This document shows, in pieces, positions 19,595 to 28,064 of a stretch of 64,000 nt of DNA (positions within the stretch are counted from its first letter, which is position 1; each line of letters opens with the position of its first letter). The stretch lies in the NCBI GenBank assembly GCA_026982655.1, contig JALSGO010000165.1:35032-99031 (forward strand), written 5' to 3'. The position numbers and the translations under genes were made by a program. The notes under the pieces are model-generated. The model made no database searches. It was not told the DNA's origin and saw only the letters and a program-made list of their open reading frames with translations. Origin of the DNA: Candidatus Bipolaricaulota bacterium. Its GTDB lineage: Bacteria; Bipolaricaulota; Bipolaricaulia; RBG-16-55-9.

Positions 19595-20796
19595 TGGCTG
19601 CAGTGCTCATCATCCCGGAGCGGAACGAGGGAGAAGCGCCCCTCTTCGTGGCGGAGCAGGGGTTGCGGGCGCAGCCCATCAAGGCCGTCTTCCTCGTCGA
19701 CGGCTGGTCCTCCGACGACACGTTCGTGAAGCTCTCGCGCGCGATCCCGGAGATGCAGCTGCGCCATCCCAACCGTCGCATCGAGCTCTTTCGGAGCTAT
19801 CTTAGGGCCACGGGCAAGGGGGGCGCGATGGTGACGGGGCTCCAGCGCGCCTTGGCCGCCGGATACGATCCGATCGTCTTTTTAGACGGGGACATCCAAT
19901 CCGTGACCCCGCGTTGGTGTGAGCTCCTCCTGGAGGCGCTCCACGAGCAGGGGGCCGCGATGGCCCGGGGGTACTTCGACCGCAGCCCCTTGGACGCCCA
20001 GATCACCCGCCACGTCACCCGGCCCCTGATGGCCCTCTACTTCCCCGAGGGACGCCGCATCCAACAGCCCTTAGGGGGAGAACTCGCCCTGACCGCGGAG
20101 CTGGCCCGCTTCTTGCTCGAGGGCCAGATGATCGACCCGCCCCATCACTGGGGGATCGACACCTTCTTCACTGTGAACACCGTGGTGGAGGGCTTCCCCG
20201 TCGTGGAGGTCTACCTCACCCAGAAGACCCACAAGCCCAAGAGCCTGACGCAGCTGCGGCAGATGTTCATCGAGTGCTTCGACGAGATGTGCCGCCAGAT
20301 CGACTTCCACGGGCGGCTGGAGCGGGTCCCCGAGCTGGGGGAGATCTCCGTCACCGTGGTGCGCCCGGAGCGCCCGCCTGAGCGGGTGGGGCAAGACGTC
20401 CGGACCCTGCAGTACGTCAAGCTCGAGGAGCAGCGGGAGCGCTTCTTCACCTTCGTGCGGGGGCTGCGCCACCCTCAGGAGCGGCTGGAGGAGCTGGAGG
20501 TCTCCCCCGAGCTGCGGGCGTTGGTGCTCGCGCTCTTCGACCCCGAGCAGTTCGAGAAGCGCAGCTCCGAACTCAACCCCGAGACGTGGGTTCCCCTTCT
20601 GGATCAGCTGGCCCGCGGGTACATCCGGCGGAACTACCACGTAGTGTATCACGACGTCCTCTTCGCCTGCTGGCAGCTGCGGGCCCTGGCGTTCGCCCAC
20701 CACGAAGCCGAAAGCTTTGAGAAGGCCGAAGAGGCCACGGAACGTCAAGCCCAGTACGCCTACGAGTACGGGGAGCGGTATCGTGCTTCTCGCTGA
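19594..20796 (+). CDS. GT78-like glycosyltransferase, putative mannosylglycerate synthase homologue
   Basis: A DxD-like FLDGDIQ motif is present. The motifs ...IQQPLGGELAL... and ...WGIDTFFTVNT... match my recollection of Rhodothermus-type mannosylglycerate synthase (about 400 aa). The GTG start at 19594 overlaps the upstream stop and has an AAAGGGGGAAG SD. Confidence 0.55.
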   Translation: MAAVLIIPERNEGEAPLFVAEQGLRAQPIKAVFLVDGWSSDDTFVKLSRAIPEMQLRHPNRRIELFRSYLRATGKGGAMVTGLQRALAAGYDPIVFLDGDIQSVTPRWCELLLEALHEQGAAMARGYFDRSPLDAQITRHVTRPLMALYFPEGRRIQQPLGGELALTAELARFLLEGQMIDPPHHWGIDTFFTVNTVVEGFPVVEVYLTQKTHKPKSLTQLRQMFIECFDEMCRQIDFHGRLERVPELGEISVTVVRPERPPERVGQDVRTLQYVKLEEQRERFFTFVRGLRHPQERLEELEVSPELRALVLALFDPEQFEKRSSELNPETWVPLLDQLARGYIRRNYHVVYHDVLFACWQLRALAFAHHEAESFEKAEEATERQAQYAYEYGERYRASR

Positions 20797-20799
20797 AGA

Positions 20800-21033
20800 A
20801 TGGCCGAACCCTATCCTCCGCTGCCGGACGGCAGGGAATTTGACCCCGAAGAGTGGGAGCCGATAGCGGAACATACCGAACCCGCCCGCGGAAGGCACAA
20901 GCGCGGATGGAGCATTCAAACCGTATATCGCCACAAGCGTACCGGAGAGATCGTCACTCGACATCGGATTGAGAAAGCGGGTAAGATCGTCCATGACCAC
21001 TTTCGGCCCGGAGGTGCGAAGACTCGACCATGA
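20800..21033 (+). CDS. hypothetical 77-aa basic protein
   Basis: The ATG lies 3 nt after the upstream stop and the gene ends in an ATGA overlap with the next ORF. Codon usage matches its neighbours. No recognisable family. Confidence 0.45.
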   Translation: MAEPYPPLPDGREFDPEEWEPIAEHTEPARGRHKRGWSIQTVYRHKRTGEIVTRHRIEKAGKIVHDHFRPGGAKTRP

Positions 21034-21326
21034 GCCCTACGCCCAAGCTCCCGACGATCGACGAGCTGAAGCACGAGGTCCTTGAGGTGCTCGCCAACGA
21101 TTATGAAGACCTGGAGCAGCTGAGGGACCTCTTGGGCAAAGTCCCTTCCCAGCGATTGCGGGAGGCCCTCTGGGAGCTCATTCAAGAGGGCTTGGTGGAG
21201 TGCCTGAGGCCCTCGAGGACGGCCCTGCATCCCGTGTCGAACCCGAACCCTTCGGAGCTTGCTACCTATTGGTTCGCACTGACCGAGGAGGGCGAACGGC
21301 GCTTAGAACCGTCTTCTCAGCCCTAG
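21030..21326 (+). CDS. hypothetical 98-aa protein with winged-helix-like features
   Basis: It is translationally coupled by an ATGA overlap. The helical N-terminus and the C-terminal ...ATYWFALTEEGERRL resemble a winged HTH (wHTH) wing. Confidence 0.45.
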   Translation: MSPTPKLPTIDELKHEVLEVLANDYEDLEQLRDLLGKVPSQRLREALWELIQEGLVECLRPSRTALHPVSNPNPSELATYWFALTEEGERRLEPSSQP

Positions 21327-21352
21327 CGTTTGATCTCGTTGCAAGCAGGTCC

Positions 21353-22366
21353 ATGCGCATCGGGATGCTGGCGCCCATCGCCTGGCGGGTCCCGCCCCGG
21401 CACTACGGCCCCTGGGAGCGGGTCGTCTCCCTCCTCACGGAGGGGCTCGTCGAGCGCGGGGTAGAGGTCACGCTGTTCGCCACCGCCGACTCCCTCACCC
21501 GAGCGCGGCTGGTGGCCGTCTGCCCCCGCCCCTACGAGGAGGATCCCGAGATCGACCCCAAGGTCTGGGAGGGGCTCCACATCGCGGAGGCCTTCGAGCG
21601 CGCCCGCGCCGGGGAGTTCGACCTCTTGCACAACCACTTCGACTTCCTGCCCCTCACGTACAGCGGTCTGGTGGACATCCCCGTGCTCACCACGATCCAC
21701 GGCTTCTCCTCGGAGAAGATCCTGCCCGTCTACGAGAAGTACAACGGACAGGTCTATTACGTCTCGATCAGCCACGCCGACCGCCACCCGAAGCTCGACT
21801 ACGTCGCCACGGTCTATCACGGCATCCCCGTCGAGGAGTTCACCCTGCGCCGCGAGCGCGGGGACTATCTGCTCTTCTTCGGGAGGATTCATCCCGACAA
21901 GGGGGCTGCGGAGGCCATCGAGGTCGCCCGGCGCTCCGGGAGGAGGCTGGTGATCGCGGGCATCGTCCAAGACGAGAAGTACTTCGAGGAGCGGGTGAAG
22001 CCTCATCTCAACGGAAACATTGAGTACATAGGCTCCGTCGGGGGTCGGGAGCGGGACAAACTCCTCGGGGGCGCGTACGCTCTACTGCACCTCATCAACT
22101 TTGACGAACCCTTCGGGCTCAGCATGGTGGAGGCGATGGCCTGCGGCACGCCCGTGATCGCCCGCCCGCGCGGGGCGGTCCCCGAGGTCGTAAGAGACGG
22201 GGAGACCGGCTTCCTCGTCCACACGGTGGACGAGGCCGTCGAGGTCCTCCCCCGGGTGGCGCAGCTCGACCGCGGGAGGATCCGCCGACACGTGGAGGAG
22301 CGCTTCCGCGCCGAGCGGATGGTGGAGGACTACCTCCGGGTCTACCGGCAGATCCTGGGCTCATGA
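21353..22366 (+). CDS. GT4 family glycosyltransferase
   Basis: A GT-B fold with the EX7E region (DEPFGLSMVEAMACGTPV) is present. The start is trimmed to the ATG at 21353 (MRIGMLAP). The ORF-track GTG at 21200 would add 51 non-homologous residues. Confidence 0.8.
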   Translation: MRIGMLAPIAWRVPPRHYGPWERVVSLLTEGLVERGVEVTLFATADSLTRARLVAVCPRPYEEDPEIDPKVWEGLHIAEAFERARAGEFDLLHNHFDFLPLTYSGLVDIPVLTTIHGFSSEKILPVYEKYNGQVYYVSISHADRHPKLDYVATVYHGIPVEEFTLRRERGDYLLFFGRIHPDKGAAEAIEVARRSGRRLVIAGIVQDEKYFEERVKPHLNGNIEYIGSVGGRERDKLLGGAYALLHLINFDEPFGLSMVEAMACGTPVIARPRGAVPEVVRDGETGFLVHTVDEAVEVLPRVAQLDRGRIRRHVEERFRAERMVEDYLRVYRQILGS

Positions 22367-23580
22367 CGGAGTTCGTCCTGGGGATCAACTACTGGCCCAT
22401 CTCGAGCGCGATGGGCTGGTGGAAGCGCTTTCCGCCGGAGGAGGTGGAGCGGGACTTCGCCCGCATTCGGAGCGCGGGATTGGAGATCGTACGCATCTTC
22501 TTGCTGTGGGAAGACTTTCAGCCCGCCCCTCAGGAGATCTCCGAAGGAGCCCTTCATCGTCTTCAGACGACGGCCCATATCGCGAGCGCTCACGGGCTGA
22601 AACTGCTGATCACGCTCTTTACGGGTCACATGAGCGGGGCCAATTGGCTCCCCGCGTGGGCCCTCTCCTCCCGATCGGGGGCGGGGGCAAACGCCTCGCA
22701 GCGATTTCCGACGATCTCGCAGGGGCGCGTCGGGGATGCCCTTCCCCGCAACTGGTACACGGACGAGGAGGTACAGCGAGCACAGGAAGTCCTGGCCGAG
22801 CGCGTGGGCGAGGAGCTGAAAGACCACCCCGCCGTCTGGGCCTGGGACCTGGGGAACGAGAACTCGAACGTCTGCGTGCCGCCCTCGCGGGAGCTGGGGC
22901 TGCGATGGCTTAAGCGCATGGCCGGGGCGCTCCGCCGCGCGGGCGCGCGGCAGCCCCTCACGCTGGGACTGCACATGGAAGACTTAGAAGAGGACCGCCG
23001 TCTGGGCCCCGCCGAGGCGGCTCCAGTCTGCGATTTCCTCTCCATGCACGGGTACCCGGTGTACGTCTCCTGGGCCGACGGCCCCAAGGACCCCTGGGTG
23101 CTCCCCTTCTTGGGGATGATCACCCACTGGCTCGGCGGCGGAAAGCCCGTCTTGTTCGAGGAGTTCGGGGCACCCACCCGACTTCCCTCCGAGGTTCCTA
23201 CCGAATCGCTCCCCGTACCCCTTCTTACCGAGGAGGAGGCAGCAGGGCTCATCGCACAGGCCCTCACGCTCTTGAGGCGCTTTGGGATGGTGGGCGCGCT
23301 CCTCTGGTGCTACGGGGACTACGATCCCGCCCTCCGGCACGATCCCCCCTTCGATCGCGCGCCCCACGAGCTGCGCTTCGGACTCTGGCGCGCCGACGGC
23401 TCGGAGAAGCCCGCCGTGGGCGTCGTCCGCCGCTTCGCCCAAACCCCCTCCCGGAACCGCGAACCCGAGGGAGGCCCGGACACGGGTTGGATTGACATCC
23501 CGCCCGAGAGGTTTTATACAGATCCCCGTGCGCATCTCGTGCGCCTCTACCGGCGCTTCCGGGAGCGCTTTTCGTCTTGA
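22363..23580 (+). CDS. GH-A clan TIM-barrel glycoside hydrolase (GH5/GH113-like, possible beta-mannanase)
   Basis: GINYWP, WDLGNENS (acid/base Glu) and VLFEEFG (nucleophile Glu) motifs are present. The gene has an ATGA overlap with the upstream GT4. Confidence 0.65.
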   Translation: MTEFVLGINYWPISSAMGWWKRFPPEEVERDFARIRSAGLEIVRIFLLWEDFQPAPQEISEGALHRLQTTAHIASAHGLKLLITLFTGHMSGANWLPAWALSSRSGAGANASQRFPTISQGRVGDALPRNWYTDEEVQRAQEVLAERVGEELKDHPAVWAWDLGNENSNVCVPPSRELGLRWLKRMAGALRRAGARQPLTLGLHMEDLEEDRRLGPAEAAPVCDFLSMHGYPVYVSWADGPKDPWVLPFLGMITHWLGGGKPVLFEEFGAPTRLPSEVPTESLPVPLLTEEEAAGLIAQALTLLRRFGMVGALLWCYGDYDPALRHDPPFDRAPHELRFGLWRADGSEKPAVGVVRRFAQTPSRNREPEGGPDTGWIDIPPERFYTDPRAHLVRLYRRFRERFSS

Positions 23581-23616
23581 GCCAAACCACGAGCACCGGA
23601 GACGAGGAGGCCGAGG

Positions 23617-24597
23617 ATGAGGACCACCACGAATCGCCGTTATGAGACGCTCTTTCACCGCCACGAGCGAAATCCCATCCTGACGGCGGCGGACTGGCCC
23701 TATCCCGTCAACTCCGTCTTCAACGCCGGGGCGACCCTCCTGCCCGACGGCACCACGCTCCTGTTGTGTCGGGTGGAGGACCGCCGCGGCCACTCCCACC
23801 TCTGCGCCGCCCGCTCCCGAAACGGGGTGGACGGCTGGAAGATCGACCCCGAGCCCACCCTCCTGCCCGACCCCGAACGCCACCCCGAGGAGCTGTGGGG
23901 CATCGAAGACCCCCGGATCACCTACGTGCCCGAGCTGGAGAAGTACGCCGTGGTGTACACGGCCTACTCCCGCAGCGGTCCCGCGGTCGCGCTGGCTTTG
24001 ACCCAAGACTTTCGACACTTCGAGCGCTGCGGCGTGATCATGCCCCCGGAGGACAAGGACGCCGCTTTGCTGCCGCGGCGCATCCGGGATCGCTGGGCGC
24101 TCATCCACCGGCCTGTGGGCCCGATGGGGGCCCACATCTGGGTTTCGTACTCGCCGGACCTCACCCACTGGGGGGAGCAGAAGCTCGTGCTGGAGACCCG
24201 CCGCGGCGGGTGGTGGGACTCCGAGCGCATCGGCTTGAGCCCGCCGCCCCTCGAGACCCCCGAAGGGTGGCTCATCATCTACCACGGCGTCCGGCGGACG
24301 GTCTCGGGGGCCATCTACCGCCTGGGATTGGCGCTGTTGGACCTTGAGAAGCCCGAGAAATGCTTATTGCGCAGCGACGACTGGGTCTTCGGCCCCGAGG
24401 AGCCCTACGAGCGCTTCGGGGACGTGAACAACGTGGTGTTCCCCTGCGGCTACGTCCTCGAGCCCGACGGCGACACCCTGCGGCTCTACTACGGCGCGGC
24501 GGACACCTGCATCGCGCTGGCTACCGGAAGCGTCCGGGCGCTCTTGGGGTGGCTCAAGCGCCACGGTCGGGAGCCGGTGATCCCTCCGGCCCTTTGA
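23617..24597 (+). CDS. GH130 family beta-mannoside phosphorylase/hydrolase
   Basis: NPIL...NSVFNAGA...GIEDPRITYV...IIYHGV motifs are characteristic of GH130 five-bladed propeller enzymes. Confidence 0.8.
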   Translation: MRTTTNRRYETLFHRHERNPILTAADWPYPVNSVFNAGATLLPDGTTLLLCRVEDRRGHSHLCAARSRNGVDGWKIDPEPTLLPDPERHPEELWGIEDPRITYVPELEKYAVVYTAYSRSGPAVALALTQDFRHFERCGVIMPPEDKDAALLPRRIRDRWALIHRPVGPMGAHIWVSYSPDLTHWGEQKLVLETRRGGWWDSERIGLSPPPLETPEGWLIIYHGVRRTVSGAIYRLGLALLDLEKPEKCLLRSDDWVFGPEEPYERFGDVNNVVFPCGYVLEPDGDTLRLYYGAADTCIALATGSVRALLGWLKRHGREPVIPPAL

Positions 24598-25438
24598 GAT
24601 CCCGGAGCCGGTGGATCGCCAGCAGCAAAACCCCTACCGCGAGGAGGACGACGGGCCAGGGATACAGCCCCATCACCACGTCCATAGGGGTGACGCCGGG
24701 CTCGGCCTGCCAATAGGCCGCCTCCACGGTGCTCCAGAGGTTGTTCAACGCGTGGGCGACGATGGCGGGATACAGGCTTCCCGTGCGCACCACGAGCCAC
24801 GCCAGCCAGAGGCCCGCAGGGAACGTGAGGAGCACGTGCAAAGGGTCGATGTGCATAAGGGCGAAGAGCAGGGCGCTTAAGCCCATGGCCGCGGCGGGGG
24901 AGTACCGGGAGCGGAAGCCCGCCAGGATGAGCCCGCGGAAGGCCAGTTCCTCGCTGACCCCCGGACCTACGCTCACGGCCAAGGCGTACACGAGAAAGCT
25001 TCCCAGGCCCGTGAAGCGAGAGAGCCGCACGAGCTCTTGGAGGTTCTCGGAGGCGAGCTCCGGCGCGATCCGCAGGAGCAGGGCTCCGAGCTGGGCCACC
25101 ACCACCCCGAGGGCGATCATCCCTATCGGGCCCCACCAATACGCCGTCCGGGGGGCCGGACGGAGGTAGAGCGCCTCCCGATACGGGAAGCGTCCCATGC
25201 TCGCGAACGCCAGAGTAGCCCCTACGCTCACCAGCGCTTGGAGGGCGATGAGTAGCGCGTTCGTCACTTGGGAGTCCGCCTCCAGCGGGATGCCCAGCAG
25301 CTCCGACAAGAACACCAAAGCGAAGGCGGACAGGAAAAGCACCCCGATGAGGACGAAGAAGAACCCCACCGCGTGACGGGGCTGGGGGAGGCGGGTCTCC
25401 GTCACCTTACGATCGTCCTCCGGAAGCCGAGGCGTCAT
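24554..25438 (-). CDS. CPBP family intramembrane metalloprotease (CAAX protease/Abi)
   Basis: EELAFRG and HALNN motifs are present within multiple TM helices. The start is trimmed to the ATG at 25438, which has an AAGGAG SD. Confidence 0.7.
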   Translation of the reverse strand: MTPRLPEDDRKVTETRLPQPRHAVGFFFVLIGVLFLSAFALVFLSELLGIPLEADSQVTNALLIALQALVSVGATLAFASMGRFPYREALYLRPAPRTAYWWGPIGMIALGVVVAQLGALLLRIAPELASENLQELVRLSRFTGLGSFLVYALAVSVGPGVSEELAFRGLILAGFRSRYSPAAAMGLSALLFALMHIDPLHVLLTFPAGLWLAWLVVRTGSLYPAIVAHALNNLWSTVEAAYWQAEPGVTPMDVVMGLYPWPVVLLAVGVLLLAIHRLRDLKGPEGSPAPDRGA

Positions 25439-25502
25439 CGCATTTCCACTCCTTGGGGGCGAGGCCCTAGATCCATGGGCGTGTTGTCCCTTATGATTAA
25501 GA

Positions 25503-26381
25503 ATGGGCATGACCTTGCGCAAGAGCGGGTTGCGGGTTGGACTGGGTCTGCTGGCGCTCGTGCTGTTGGCGATGGGGCTTTCGAACCTCACGCTCCAGCC
25601 GGGCCACCCCTTCGCCGTCGGGGGAGCTCCGCCCGAGGCTGGAGAAACAAAGCCCGTAACGCCCTGGACGCCCGATCTCAGCGAGCTGGGGAAGGTTCTG
25701 CTGGCCGTGCTCATCTGGGTCCTCTTCCCTGCTTCGGTGATCTATTTTCTCATCTCGCCGGAGGCCCGACGGCGCGTGCTACGCGATCTGCTCTGGGTCG
25801 TGGGCACGATGGTCGTGCTCTACTTCTTCATGAGGGGGTTCGCCCGCCGGCACCTCGGGGGGGAGTCCGCCGTCGAGACCCCTGGGGAGGTCTTGCCTCC
25901 CGTCCCGCCGGAGTTCGTCGTCTCGCCGGGGGAGTGGATCACGCATCCGCCGGAGTGGCTCGTCCTCCTGGTGAGCCTGCTCTTTCTGGGCGGGCTCTCC
26001 TTAGGGATCTTCCTCCTCTGGCGGGCGCTCCGCCCCGCGCCGCAGACCGAACCGCTCCCTCGGCTGGCGGAGGAGGCCGAAAGCGCTCTCAGGGAGCTGC
26101 GGGCCGGTGGGGATCTGCGCGACGTCGTGCTGCGGTGCTACCGCGAGATGGCCCGCGTTCTCCAAGAGGAGCGGGGCCTGCGCCGCCCGAGGGCGATGAC
26201 CCCGCGGGAGTTCGAGCGCCGCCTCCGGGAAGCGGGCTTGGCCGAGCGGCCCGTAAGCCGACTCACCCGGCTCTTCGAGCGCGTCCGCTATGGAGGGCAC
26301 CGCCCGGATGCCCGCGAGGAACGGGAGGCCCAAGAGTGCCTCGAGGAGATCGCCGCCGCCTGCCGGAGGGGATCCTCTTGA
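25503..26381 (+). CDS. DUF4129 domain membrane protein
   Basis: An N-terminal signal/TM segment and three TM segments precede a C-terminal MTPREFERRL...LFERVRYGGHRPD motif typical of DUF4129. Confidence 0.6.
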   Translation: MGMTLRKSGLRVGLGLLALVLLAMGLSNLTLQPGHPFAVGGAPPEAGETKPVTPWTPDLSELGKVLLAVLIWVLFPASVIYFLISPEARRRVLRDLLWVVGTMVVLYFFMRGFARRHLGGESAVETPGEVLPPVPPEFVVSPGEWITHPPEWLVLLVSLLFLGGLSLGIFLLWRALRPAPQTEPLPRLAEEAESALRELRAGGDLRDVVLRCYREMARVLQEERGLRRPRAMTPREFERRLREAGLAERPVSRLTRLFERVRYGGHRPDAREEREAQECLEEIAAACRRGSS

Positions 26382-26998
26382 CGCTGTCCCACGTCAACGA
26401 ACGATCCAGCGCTCGCGCGCGAATCGCGCTGCTCCTCCTCCCCGTGGTCTTGGCGCTTGTATTCCGGGACTTCTTCCGTGAGTCGCTGGTGGTGCCCTTG
26501 TTGTACGTCCTCTGGCTCGGGTACGAGTACGTGCGGAGCCTGCCGCAGGCGGCGCTGTGGGGCCTCTTCTTGTTCTTGGGGTTGGTGTGGATCCTGCGCA
26601 GCGGACTACGAGTCCCCGTAAGGCGGAAACGCAAGAGGCCGGAGGAAGAGGAGCCGCCGGGACGGGTGGAGGCGTGGCGCGAGCGGGTGCGTCTGGCCCG
26701 CCGCAGCCGCGGGGGGTACGGGGAGCGCTACTTCGCGAACCACCTGACCAAGCTGGCCCTTCAGGTCCTGGCCGACCGCCGTCGGGTCGAGCCGCAGCGG
26801 CTGCGGCAGGCGCTCTCTCGGGGACGCCCCCATCCGGAACTCGACCTCCCCGACGAGGCGGTCCGGGTGGTGTTGACGGGACTCTCCCGTCCGCCGGAGC
26901 GGCCCTCCCACGGTGCCTTAGATCCGGAGCCGCTCCTGCGGGTGCTCGAAGAGGAGCTGCGCATCCTGCCTTCGGACGGGAGGAGTCAAGCGGGATGA
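26378..26998 (+). CDS. hypothetical membrane protein (2-3 TM helices plus Arg-rich tail), translationally coupled
   Basis: The TTG start overlaps the upstream TGA, and the stop overlaps the moxR ATG (ATGA). It is the last part of the 576-aa track ORF, whose upstream part is shadow. Confidence 0.45.
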   Translation: MTLSHVNERSSARARIALLLLPVVLALVFRDFFRESLVVPLLYVLWLGYEYVRSLPQAALWGLFLFLGLVWILRSGLRVPVRRKRKRPEEEEPPGRVEAWRERVRLARRSRGGYGERYFANHLTKLALQVLADRRRVEPQRLRQALSRGRPHPELDLPDEAVRVVLTGLSRPPERPSHGALDPEPLLRVLEEELRILPSDGRSQAG

Positions 26999-27969
26999 CG
27001 GTGGGCGTGCGGGAAGTCTCCGAGATCGGGCGGCGGGTCCTTGCGGAGGTGGAGCGGGCCATCGTGGGCAAGCGCGCGCTCCTCGAGCAGATCCTGGCCG
27101 CGGCGCTCGCCGGAGGGCACGTGCTCTTAGAGGACTATCCGGGCTTGGCCAAGACGCTCACCGCCAAGAGCTTCGCCGCCGCCCTGGGGCTCCGCTTTAA
27201 GCGCATTCAGTTTACGCCCGATCTCCTGCCCGGAGACATCACGGGCGGCTACGTCTACGATCGCGCGGAGGGGAAGTTCGTGCTCCGCCGCGGGCCGATC
27301 TTCGCCCACCTCGTCTTGGCCGATGAGATCAACCGGGCCTCCCCCAAGACCCAGTCCGCGCTCTTAGAAGCGATGCAGGAGCTCCAGGTCACTTTAGAGG
27401 GGGAGACGCTGAAGCTCCCGGAGCCGTTCATCGTGCTGGCTACCCAGAACCCCATCGAGTACGAGGGGACCTTTCCCCTGCCGGAGGCCCAGCTCGACCG
27501 CTTTCTGGTAAAACTGTCCGTAGGCTACCCCTCTCCTCAAGAAGAGCAGGAGATCCTGCGCCGCCGCCGGGAGCGGCGGACCGAAGAGGCGCAGCTGCAA
27601 AGGGTGACGGACGCCGAGGAGTTCCTGGCGATGCGAAAGAGCTTGGAGGACGTCTACGTCCACCCCGATATCGAGGGTTACATCGTGGAACTCGTCCACG
27701 AGACGCGCCGGGACCCGCGGGTGGCCGTGGGCGCAAGCCCCCGAGGGTCGCTCGCGCTTTTGAAGTTGGCCCGCGCCCGGGCTGCCTTAGAGGGCCGCGA
27801 TTACGTGCTCCCCGACGACGTGAAGGCGTTCGCCGTGCCCGCCCTCTCTCATCGGCTTATCTTGGAGCCGGACCTGTGGATGAAGCGCCGCGCGGCGGAG
27901 GAGATCGTCGAATCGCTCCTCGAGCGGGTCCCTGTGCCCGTGATCGAGGACGAGGGAGAGAGCCCTTAA
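26995..27969 (+). CDS. MoxR-family AAA+ ATPase
   Basis: Walker A (DYPGLAKT), Walker B (LVLADEINRA), sensor motifs and a MoxR C-terminal helical lid are present. The start is trimmed to the ATG at 26995. Confidence 0.85.
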   Translation: MTVGVREVSEIGRRVLAEVERAIVGKRALLEQILAAALAGGHVLLEDYPGLAKTLTAKSFAAALGLRFKRIQFTPDLLPGDITGGYVYDRAEGKFVLRRGPIFAHLVLADEINRASPKTQSALLEAMQELQVTLEGETLKLPEPFIVLATQNPIEYEGTFPLPEAQLDRFLVKLSVGYPSPQEEQEILRRRRERRTEEAQLQRVTDAEEFLAMRKSLEDVYVHPDIEGYIVELVHETRRDPRVAVGASPRGSLALLKLARARAALEGRDYVLPDDVKAFAVPALSHRLILEPDLWMKRRAAEEIVESLLERVPVPVIEDEGESP

Positions 27970-28064
27970 CCCTGATTTTGAGCTATGAGATGGATGCGCT
28001 CGGTACGGGGAGCGCAGGAGGTGTGGGCACAGATATAGGCCTAGGGAAGGGTGGGAAACGACGT

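Noticed and set aside
25268-26998. The 576-aa plus ORF
   Set aside because: It is a composite. Its first 370 codons overlap the DUF4129 gene in another frame and the CPBP gene antisense. Only the 3' 206 codons, starting at a TTG coupled to the upstream stop, were kept.
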